Assembly (NCBI GenBank): GCA_046597705.1
Contig: JBKJJZ010000510.1
Span: 699-64,698 of the forward strand
DNA length: 64,000 bases
Source of the DNA: Vicinamibacterales bacterium
GTDB taxonomy: Bacteria; Acidobacteriota; Vicinamibacteria; Vicinamibacterales; SCN-69-37
Direction: 5' to 3'
The notes under the pieces are model-generated. The model saw nothing but the letters and a program-made list of their open reading frames with translations, ran no database searches and was not told the origin of the DNA. Below are positions 40,920 through 48,564 of this stretch, in pieces (positions within the stretch are counted from its first letter, which is position 1; every line of letters begins with the position of its first letter). Made by a program: the position numbers and the translations under genes.

Positions 40920-43900
40920 TTAGCCCAGGTTGATGTAGGGGCTCTTGCCGTCGAGCACGGCGGCGCCTGGATGAGACCACGCGCCGATGTAGCAGAAGGC
41001 GGCCCAGTCGCGCGGTTGCGGGTAAGCGGCACGAACCGCAAGCTGCGCCCGGCGGAACGCTTCGAGGCGGGTTGCGCCCTGGGCGAGTTCACCATACAGC
41101 CTAGGGAAAAACGTCGCGGCTGCATCGTCCGATAATTCCCAGAGGGAGGCGACGATGGAGGAGACGCCTGCGGCCAGGAGAGCCGCGGGGAGTCCACTGA
41201 GGTTGTCGCCGGCGTCGAACCTTCCCAGGGCCGAGTCGCAACTCCCGAGTGAAAGCAGTTCGAGGCCGCGCAGATCGTGCCCGAAGATTTCGTACGCGCA
41301 GATGCGGCCGTCCGACTCCGCGTCGGGCGTCACGAACAGATGCTGAAACAGTGGCGAGCTTGCGTTGTTGGCACCATGCGCGCAGAGGTGAACCCACCGG
41401 TTCGATGTCAGGGCGATAAATATGCGCGCTTCCGTCACCTCGGCGTCCAGCAGCGGGTCCGTCTTGGTTGCCGCGGCAATTGCCTGCACCTCATGATGCG
41501 CGCCGGGTAGCTCGACGAGCGGAAATGGCTCTCCGTCTTTGTAGCTCAGGCCCAGGGCCTGCACCGCTCCCTCCCGAGTCTCAGGTGCCGGCTGCATAAG
41601 GCACTCCAGACTTGGAATTGTCGTCACGGTCCAGTGCTGGGCAAGGTCCTCGTCGCCAGGACCCAGAATGTGGAGCGGATAGTACCGAAGCGCGCCATAG
41701 GGGCGAATGCACAGGTGAGTCTTTCCAGCCTTTCGCAGCGTCTCCAGGTGCGTCCACGTGGGCATGCCGAGCAGGATGTTGAAATCGCTGGCCAGCGCCT
41801 CCCTGGCGTCAGCGTGCAGGAGTTGCACTGCGGGATCGAGAGGATCGAGGGGCAGCGAGTGGCGGAGGCGATACGTCTGCATGCCTATGTCATCAACCAC
41901 CGCCTGCGACCCTTCCTTGCCCACCAGGTATTCCTGATGGTCGCCAGGCACCAGGTTCTTGAAGCACAGAATCTCTTCGCGCGTGTACGCGAGGATATAC
42001 ACGGCGTATTGCTTCGCGTCGTGCGGGGCGTAGTAGTAGTCCAGCAGCACGGTGTCCGGACCCAGCAGCTGGCCGATGGCTTCGGGGTCGAGAATCGCGC
42101 TCGATCGAACGCCCTCGATCAGCAATTGAGTCAGGCGGCGATCGAGTGCGCGCTGCAGATTGGCCAGCCGGCTGGCCTCGGTGTCCCCGCTCTGCGGTTC
42201 GCCGGCGCTCGATGCGCTGACTAGCAGCACTTCGTCCATTGGTTCCAGGTCTTCGTCCAGCCCAACCGCATTCTGCAGTTGCACGATTGCGTTCGACATC
42301 TGGGCGGCAGCCTCGTCTTCACGCCAGTCGAATGCCGGGCCCTGTCGCAGCAGCGCGCTGAAGCGCGCGCCCTTGGCCAACTGAAGGAGCATCGCCACGG
42401 TGGCCGAGTTGATGGAGTCTCCCAGGTTTGCGAACGCATTCCGGTAGACGGCCTGAAGCGCCTCGTCGCCGGACGCACCGAGCTCGCGATCGATTTCGAA
42501 CGCGACGGGCGCAAGCGCGGCGAGGGCCGCGAACAACATGTCTTCGCCCGGCTTTCCGGCCATATCCGCAATGGCCGCGAGCAGGTCGAACACGGCCGAC
42601 GGCATGCCCAGCCGGAGCGTGGGTGCCAGCGCCTGGGCGTACGCCTGAACGGCGGCGCTTGCATCCCCAGCCTTCACCGCATTCTTCGCGATGCCGATGC
42701 AGAGATGCGCGTAAAGAAAAGAGAGCGGTTCCTGATACGCGGCGATGGAGGGAGACTTCTGGATGGCGGTCTTCAACAGGCGCAGTCCCGTTTCCTCGTC
42801 GTCAGTTGTTTCCGAGCGCATCGCCAGCCAGACCAGCGCGGCGCACGCGCGATCGATGGGCCAGTGCTCAGCGTCCGCCGTCTTCATGACGCGATCCACC
42901 GTCTCCTTGAAGGAACCCTCGATGGGTGAGTTCAGCGCGCCACCGTGTGCGAGGGGGATCAGCTGCATCATCGCGAGCAGTCGCTTTCGGCGAAGTGCTT
43001 CCGTTGCAGAGTCACGGAAAAGGGCCGCGGCGTCCACAAGAACGCTGAGGGCGCGTGCGGGGTCGGTGGCTTTCAAGGCCGCCTGCAGCTGAAGCGCTGC
43101 CTCCGGCGAATCGGGGTTGAAGTCGGCCGCGGGAGCCGGAGCGCCCTCCAACCCCAGTCTGGCCATCAGAGCGACAAGCGCGCGGTGTTGATATTCACCC
43201 GCCGGCAGAAGTGGCAGAGCCTCCGCGCAAAGCTTCGTCATGCGTGCGCGATCCGGTTCTTCGTTCCGGGCGCGTGCGAGGAATTCCAGCGTCTGCACCA
43301 TCGCCTTGAGCGTGATCCCCTGTTGTTCCCCGGCTCGATCCGGAAGGGCACGCTCGTAGTAGTCGATCGCGGTCTGCAAGGCGTCCTTCGCGCTGGGGAG
43401 CGGGTACGTGTCCAGATGTTGCCGCGCAAGCGCCGGGCCCTTCACCGCCTCGAGTTTGCGCAATTGCTGTCGCTGATTGATTTCGTCAACTCCCCAGCCG
43501 CTGGGTCCGGAGACAGGGTCCGAGTACAAAACACCCAGCGCGTGGAGCAGTGCACCGCGGCGGGGATCCGATTCGCTGGAGACCAGCCGCTCCAGTACGT
43601 TCCTGCCCAGCGCCTCCGCGGCCTGCAGCATTTCGCCATCCGGGAACGAGCCGAGACCTGCGCCCGCGATCTGGATGAATCCCGTTGCCGCGATCTCCAG
43701 CCTTTCGTTCATGGATTTCCCGGGACAGGTGGCCAGACACGCTTCGGACAACAGCCGCGTCCAGAGCATCGCCGTGGCAGCGTCCTTGCCTGTCACCAGT
43801 TGTTCGGCATGCCACGTCAGGGCGTGCACATAGATCGGCGCGAGCTGCACCAGGAACTCAGGACGCCGTACATGCTCCAGCGCCGCTTTGAGCGAGGTCT

Positions 43901-44177
43901 CGCCGTCGATCACGCGCGTGGCCTGGACCTCCACGGGTCCCAGGCCGGCTGGATATCGCGACGCGGCCTGCGCGATGGCCCGGCGAATGGCATCGAGCTC
44001 GGCAAACCGCTCCATTCGGCTCCGGGCCTCGGGGCCTTGATCGCTTTCAAACTCGCTAACGAGCGCTCGGAGGGTGTCGATCGAGATGAGCGCCGGATTC
44101 TGGCAGGCGAACCTGAACCGGTCCGGCGGATCCGCGATCTCCCGATACCTGGCGAACAGCGATTCGAAGGTGGTCAT
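40920..44177 (-). CDS. TPR-like helical repeat protein with C-terminal CHAT (caspase-fold) protease domain
   Basis: 1085 aa. ~750 aa are all-helical and repeat-like. The CHAT domain has candidate catalytic His in WVHLCAHG and Cys in LLSLGSCDSALG, followed by AGVSSIVASLWELSD. The ATG at 44177 shares a base with the upstream TAA. Confidence 0.8.
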   Translation of the reverse strand: MTTFESLFARYREIADPPDRFRFACQNPALISIDTLRALVSEFESDQGPEARSRMERFAELDAIRRAIAQAASRYPAGLGPVEVQATRVIDGETSLKAALEHVRRPEFLVQLAPIYVHALTWHAEQLVTGKDAATAMLWTRLLSEACLATCPGKSMNERLEIAATGFIQIAGAGLGSFPDGEMLQAAEALGRNVLERLVSSESDPRRGALLHALGVLYSDPVSGPSGWGVDEINQRQQLRKLEAVKGPALARQHLDTYPLPSAKDALQTAIDYYERALPDRAGEQQGITLKAMVQTLEFLARARNEEPDRARMTKLCAEALPLLPAGEYQHRALVALMARLGLEGAPAPAADFNPDSPEAALQLQAALKATDPARALSVLVDAAALFRDSATEALRRKRLLAMMQLIPLAHGGALNSPIEGSFKETVDRVMKTADAEHWPIDRACAALVWLAMRSETTDDEETGLRLLKTAIQKSPSIAAYQEPLSFLYAHLCIGIAKNAVKAGDASAAVQAYAQALAPTLRLGMPSAVFDLLAAIADMAGKPGEDMLFAALAALAPVAFEIDRELGASGDEALQAVYRNAFANLGDSINSATVAMLLQLAKGARFSALLRQGPAFDWREDEAAAQMSNAIVQLQNAVGLDEDLEPMDEVLLVSASSAGEPQSGDTEASRLANLQRALDRRLTQLLIEGVRSSAILDPEAIGQLLGPDTVLLDYYYAPHDAKQYAVYILAYTREEILCFKNLVPGDHQEYLVGKEGSQAVVDDIGMQTYRLRHSLPLDPLDPAVQLLHADAREALASDFNILLGMPTWTHLETLRKAGKTHLCIRPYGALRYYPLHILGPGDEDLAQHWTVTTIPSLECLMQPAPETREGAVQALGLSYKDGEPFPLVELPGAHHEVQAIAAATKTDPLLDAEVTEARIFIALTSNRWVHLCAHGANNASSPLFQHLFVTPDAESDGRICAYEIFGHDLRGLELLSLGSCDSALGRFDAGDNLSGLPAALLAAGVSSIVASLWELSDDAAATFFPRLYGELAQGATRLEAFRRAQLAVRAAYPQPRDWAAFCYIGAWSHPGAAVLDGKSPYINLG

Positions 44178-45058
44178 TAAAGCAGTGCGTCGTAGATGGT
44201 CTTCGCCACAACGGCATCGTCGAGATAGCCGCCAATTCCATGGCGGTTCTCGGTGTGATTCTGCACGTCCACCTTGTTCGTGATGGCCGGCGTGACTGAG
44301 AAGTGCGGCTTTTCCAGAGGGTAGAGCGCTACCACGTCACGGTCGTCAAAGGCGTTGAACCACCTGCGTGCGCACTCGGGATAGGTCGTGGGCGAAATGG
44401 ATTGCCGAATCTTCGTCACCCCCAGGGGCGAACCCAGCGTGACGAACAGCGGAATGTCCCACTGTCGTGCCACGCCCTCACGGCGCAGGATGTTGTAAGC
44501 AACCACGGTGCCGAGCGAATGCGAGACCACTACCGTCGGCTCATTCGGATGCACGGCCTGCAGCACGCCCGTTTCGATCGCGTCGCGAATTCCAATTTTC
44601 GTCAGGTATTCGAAAACATCCCTGGTGAAGAGGGCCACCGAGCTGCCGCTGCCGAAGGGAATTTTTCGATCGATGACTTTGAGTATGCCTTGGACCCAGC
44701 CCCAGTTCAGCGGACCCCGCTCCACGACCTCGGCCGGAATCTCTCCGTCAATCTCGGCCTCGGTGATGCCTGCTTTCTTGCGCACCTCTTCCAGCACGTC
44801 CTGAAGGAACGCACGTTCTGCCTGGCTTTGTGGTCCGCGGATGATCACCTTGGCCGCGTCCGCCAGCGAAGCGCCGGCGACGAGCTGATCGAGCGTGTCG
44901 CCGTAGTACGGAAACCGAATGTCCTGCTCGGGGATAGGGAGCTGGAGATTGTTCTTCGCGAGTCCTTGCCGAAACGCGGCAATCCATTCGCCTTTGAGCG
45001 CCAGCGAATCCTTCTTCTGTTGGGCGCGCCCGTGGATGAAGACCAGTTTCTTTGTCAT
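44177..45058 (-). CDS. Small alpha/beta hydrolase, lipase/esterase-like
   Basis: MTKKLVFIHGR, then nucleophile elbow VVVSHSLGTVVAY (GxSxG-type), then FDDRDVV and NRHGIGGY as candidate Asp/His. ATG 45058 overlaps the upstream TGA (ATGA). Confidence 0.7.
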   Translation of the reverse strand: MTKKLVFIHGRAQQKKDSLALKGEWIAAFRQGLAKNNLQLPIPEQDIRFPYYGDTLDQLVAGASLADAAKVIIRGPQSQAERAFLQDVLEEVRKKAGITEAEIDGEIPAEVVERGPLNWGWVQGILKVIDRKIPFGSGSSVALFTRDVFEYLTKIGIRDAIETGVLQAVHPNEPTVVVSHSLGTVVAYNILRREGVARQWDIPLFVTLGSPLGVTKIRQSISPTTYPECARRWFNAFDDRDVVALYPLEKPHFSVTPAITNKVDVQNHTENRHGIGGYLDDAVVAKTIYDALL

Positions 45059-46728
45059 GGCGATCCTTTCAACTCTGCGCGCAGGCGTTCGACGCCCGAC
45101 GCGGTGAACACGGTCCAAAGCGAACGGCTGGAAACGTGCGTCCGCAGCCCCCGCAGCAACGGCGTCTCGGCATCGAAGGCGCCAAGCAGCGACCAGCCCT
45201 GCGCGAGCAGCGGCACGAAGGGAACCGATTGTGAATGGCTGCCGGACTCACGGTCGGCCAGCATCGCAATGTCGAAGAAAGAAACGCCAAGTGTTGCGAG
45301 GAGTACGTCTTCCATTTCCCTGATTTGGTCCAGGTTGCCGAGCCGATGGTAGGAATACGCCGCGTACACGGCCAGGGTCGGATCAAGGGACTTGAGCTTC
45401 CGGATACGTTCGGTCAGCTTCGGCGCGTCGCCTCGCTCCAGCCTCAACTCGCCGCGATGTACCGAAGAAACCACCAGCCGGCGCAGCGTCTCGAGATACC
45501 CCCGCTGGGCCAGAAAGTCCTGTCGGCGCGATGCGTCCGTCGGCTCGTATGAGACCTTCACCAGCGCTCCGCCCTCGAACACGAGCGTGCCGACGAAGTC
45601 ACGGATGGCGGGCAACACCACCGCGCGTCCGTCGGCAAGTTCGATCAACACGGACGCGGCCTGGTGTTGAAGGTGAACCTGGGCAAGCCCCGCCGCCAGC
45701 AACTCGACGTTGCCGTTGGCGCCGGCCGAGGCCGCAACGATGTTCGCTCCCCGCACCCTGAATCCGCAGGGCATTTCGACCAGTTCGCTCTCGAACGGGA
45801 CCAGTCCGATGAAGCTTGCGCCCGGGACCGCGGTGTTCAGTACCTTTTGCGCGGCAGTCAGTTTCGATTCACCCACCCGCTTTCCACTGCGAACGGTCCG
45901 GGCCGGTGATATCGCAGGTGCGGCGGCCGGCCTGAACCTGGGGTCGGTTGCGTCGAACGCCTGCAGGAACGCGAATTCGTCCGACAGGATTTCGGCGTCA
46001 GGTGTTTGCGTATGCTCCGAAGCCGCCCCGAGCTTGGCTGCCACAAGCTTCGGCACCTCACTCATCAGGTGACGCTTGAGCGGCTGCGGCCGCAAGAACA
46101 CTTTGGACTTATCAGCACCGGGGCTGAGGATTGTGAGCCGCTCTCCCTGAAGCGCCGCCATCAGCTCGGACGTGAACAGCGAATCGTAGCGGAGCGACGA
46201 CGCCGACTTGTCCTGGATCTCCAGCGCCGGTTCGCCAAGGACGGAGGCAAAGAAGACATCGACGGCCTTCTGCGGTCCTCCCCGCGGTTGATTCGGGAAG
46301 ATGTAACTGCCGTTGATGGCCTGGAGTTGAATGCCATCAGGCGCCGTCCGGCACGCGTCGGAGATGAACACCACGTGCGGAATTCCAGAGCGCTTCGCCA
46401 GCTGCACGGAACCCGCCACATTGACCGCCTCGTTGGGATCCTCCGGCGCATCGCTCAGGAACCAGTACTCGCTGAAATGCAGATTCACGCCATGGCCGGC
46501 GAAATAGACGAACAATTGCTCCACGCTGTCAGTTGTCACCAAAGCCTTGATTGCATCTCTGATTGCCTTGGCCGAAACCGGTTCATTCTCGTCCGTAATG
46601 GTGACGACCGTCTCGAACTTCTCCTGGCGGGCCCAGGCCTCGAATCTGCGGGCGCCGTCCAGCGCCGCCTTCAGCTCGGGAAGCGTTCCAGCTTTCTTGA
46701 CCGCGACGACGACGGCTGCGCGATTCAC
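45055..46728 (-). CDS. Caspase-like (peptidase C14 fold) protein with ~300-aa unassigned C-terminal region
   Basis: His context is QLFVYFAGHG and Cys context is HVVFISDACRTAPDG, within the first ~200 aa. I recognise nothing in the remaining part. GTG start at 46728. Confidence 0.7.
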   Translation of the reverse strand: MNRAAVVVAVKKAGTLPELKAALDGARRFEAWARQEKFETVVTITDENEPVSAKAIRDAIKALVTTDSVEQLFVYFAGHGVNLHFSEYWFLSDAPEDPNEAVNVAGSVQLAKRSGIPHVVFISDACRTAPDGIQLQAINGSYIFPNQPRGGPQKAVDVFFASVLGEPALEIQDKSASSLRYDSLFTSELMAALQGERLTILSPGADKSKVFLRPQPLKRHLMSEVPKLVAAKLGAASEHTQTPDAEILSDEFAFLQAFDATDPRFRPAAAPAISPARTVRSGKRVGESKLTAAQKVLNTAVPGASFIGLVPFESELVEMPCGFRVRGANIVAASAGANGNVELLAAGLAQVHLQHQAASVLIELADGRAVVLPAIRDFVGTLVFEGGALVKVSYEPTDASRRQDFLAQRGYLETLRRLVVSSVHRGELRLERGDAPKLTERIRKLKSLDPTLAVYAAYSYHRLGNLDQIREMEDVLLATLGVSFFDIAMLADRESGSHSQSVPFVPLLAQGWSLLGAFDAETPLLRGLRTHVSSRSLWTVFTASGVERLRAELKGSP

Positions 46729-46769
46729 GGGATGGATTCTAGATTAAACCGGTCGTGTTAGTCTCTCGC

Positions 46770-47171
46770 ATGACCAACGTTCAACTTGCGAAAGACATCT
46801 ACGCAGCATTCGGTAAGGGCGACATTCCCACTGTGCTGGCGGCGTTCCACCCTGAGATCGAGTGGCGACAAGCCGAAGGCCATCCGATTCAGTTCGATGG
46901 GGCCGCCTGGATAGGGCCACAGGCCGTGCTCGATAACCTTTTCATGTCGATTGGTGCGGACTGGGACGGTTTCACCATCACGGTACGGAGGCTTCACGAC
47001 GCGGGTGAATCCGTCGTCATGGAAGGCCGCTACAACGGTACTTACAAACCCTCTGGCAAGAGCCTGAATTCGCAGGTGTGCCACGTGCTGAAGTTTCAGG
47101 ACGGCAAGCTCCGGAGTTTCCAGCAGTATCTCGATACGGGACAGCTGCAGAAGGTCATGGCCACCGCCTGA
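46770..47171 (+). CDS. SnoaL-like / NTF2-fold protein
   Basis: MTNVQLAKDIYAAFGKGDIPTVLAAFHPEIEW...VMEGRYNGTYKPSGKS...HVLKFQDGKL. Confidence 0.7.
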   Translation: MTNVQLAKDIYAAFGKGDIPTVLAAFHPEIEWRQAEGHPIQFDGAAWIGPQAVLDNLFMSIGADWDGFTITVRRLHDAGESVVMEGRYNGTYKPSGKSLNSQVCHVLKFQDGKLRSFQQYLDTGQLQKVMATA

Positions 47172-47203
47172 CGTCGTAACCCCGGGCCACTACGGCGTCG
47201 TTG

Positions 47204-48058
47204 ATGGTGTTTAGAAACGCTCTACTGCTGGCCCTCGCCGCACTCGCCCTGCTCTTCATCGTCAAATGGAGGCGGGCGGCTGCGGGGACCCGTCGGCCTT
47301 CGCTGGTGCAGATCGCGATTGGCTTCGTCACGGACTTCTTCGATACGCTCGGCATCGGCTCGTTTGCGACGACCACAACTGCGTACAAGGTGCTGAAGGT
47401 GGTCCCCGACGAGAAGATTGTCGGCACCATGCTCATCGGCCACTCGTTGCCGGTTGTCACGCAGGCGTTCATTTTCATCGTTGCGGTGCAGGTGGATCCG
47501 GTGGTGCTCGTCTCACTGGTTGCCGTGTCCGTTCTGGGCAGCTGGCTGGGGGCCGGTGTGGCATCCAGACTTCCCAGGCGGCCGATACAGATCTTCATCG
47601 GCATCGGCCTGTTCGCCGCGGCGTTCTTCATGCTGCTGAGTCAGCTCGGCCTGTTTCCGAGCGGGGGAACCGCCCTCACACTCACGCCGGGAAAACTGGT
47701 CATTGCCCTGGTCGTGAATTTCATCCTTGGCGGCTTGCTGATGCTTGGCATCGGCAGCTACGCGCCGTCGCTGATTCTCATCAGCGTACTCGGCATGGAT
47801 CCGCGCGCCGCATTCCCCATCATGATGAGCTCTGGCGCGATGATGGCTATGGTTGGCAGCTTCCAATTCATGAAAGCCGGCCGCTTTGACAAGAATGCCG
47901 CGCTGGGCTTGGCGATTGGCGGCATTCCAGGGGTGCTTGTAGCAGGACTGCTGGTGCAGTCGCTACCGTTGAACGTGCTCCGTTGGACGGTTGTGCTGGT
48001 CGTCGTCTATGCGGCCACGATGATGCTGCGGTCCGCGTTGACCGCACGTCGAGTCTAA
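47204..48058 (+). CDS. TauE/SafE (DUF81) family anion exporter
   Basis: Polytopic membrane protein with GFVTDFFDTLGIGSFATT and GIGSYAPSLILISVLG. ~284 aa. Confidence 0.7.
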   Translation: MVFRNALLLALAALALLFIVKWRRAAAGTRRPSLVQIAIGFVTDFFDTLGIGSFATTTTAYKVLKVVPDEKIVGTMLIGHSLPVVTQAFIFIVAVQVDPVVLVSLVAVSVLGSWLGAGVASRLPRRPIQIFIGIGLFAAAFFMLLSQLGLFPSGGTALTLTPGKLVIALVVNFILGGLLMLGIGSYAPSLILISVLGMDPRAAFPIMMSSGAMMAMVGSFQFMKAGRFDKNAALGLAIGGIPGVLVAGLLVQSLPLNVLRWTVVLVVVYAATMMLRSALTARRV

Positions 48059-48074
48059 GCTGCGAGAGACTGGC

Positions 48075-48488
48075 GTGCGAAATCGGCTGCTGTACCTCGC
48101 CGGCGTCTGCTTTGTCGTGGCATTGGGTCTGGCCAGCCGGCGGTACGCTGCGGCTCTGCCATCCTTTATCGCGCAGTACGCTGGCGACACGCTGTGGGCC
48201 GTGATGGTTTTCGGGATCATCGGCGTGATCGCAGCCCGTTGGTCAACGGCTCGCGTGGCGATCGCGGCCTTGCTCGTCTCCTACAGCGTAGAAATCAGTC
48301 AGCTCTATCACGCGCCGTGGATCGACAGCATCCGCGCCACCCGACTCGGCGGGCTGATATTGGGATACGGATTTCTCTGGTCCGACATCGTGTGCTACTC
48401 GGCAGGCGTGGGCGTGTGCGTGGCGCTCGAGCAATTCGCACGCGGCGATAAATGGGGCAATGGGGCAATGAGGCAATTCCACAATTAA
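48075..48488 (+). CDS. DUF2809 family membrane protein
   Basis: LGLASRRY...YAGDTLWAVMVF...VEISQLYH...IRATRLGGLILGYGFLWSDIVCY. The last ~12 codons run into the octamer array. Confidence 0.6.
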   Translation: MRNRLLYLAGVCFVVALGLASRRYAAALPSFIAQYAGDTLWAVMVFGIIGVIAARWSTARVAIAALLVSYSVEISQLYHAPWIDSIRATRLGGLILGYGFLWSDIVCYSAGVGVCVALEQFARGDKWGNGAMRQFHN

Positions 48489-48553
48489 TTGCCAAATTGG
48501 TTGCATTGCCTCACTCCACTGCCTCATTGCCCCATCGCCTCATTGCCCAATTC
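48450..48553. repeat. Octamer arrays in imperfect inverted arrangement between convergent genes
   Basis: The left part is aaatggggcaatggggcaatgaggcaattcc. The right part is ttgcattgcctcactccactgcctcattgccccatcgcctcattgcccaattc. Confidence 0.85.
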
Positions 48554-48564
48554 TTCCCCCGCGC

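Noticed and set aside
42945-44180. 411-aa plus-strand ORF (and 41634..42224, 42279..42929)
   Set aside because: These are antisense shadows of the CHAT gene. No motifs are present and the composition is Arg-rich.
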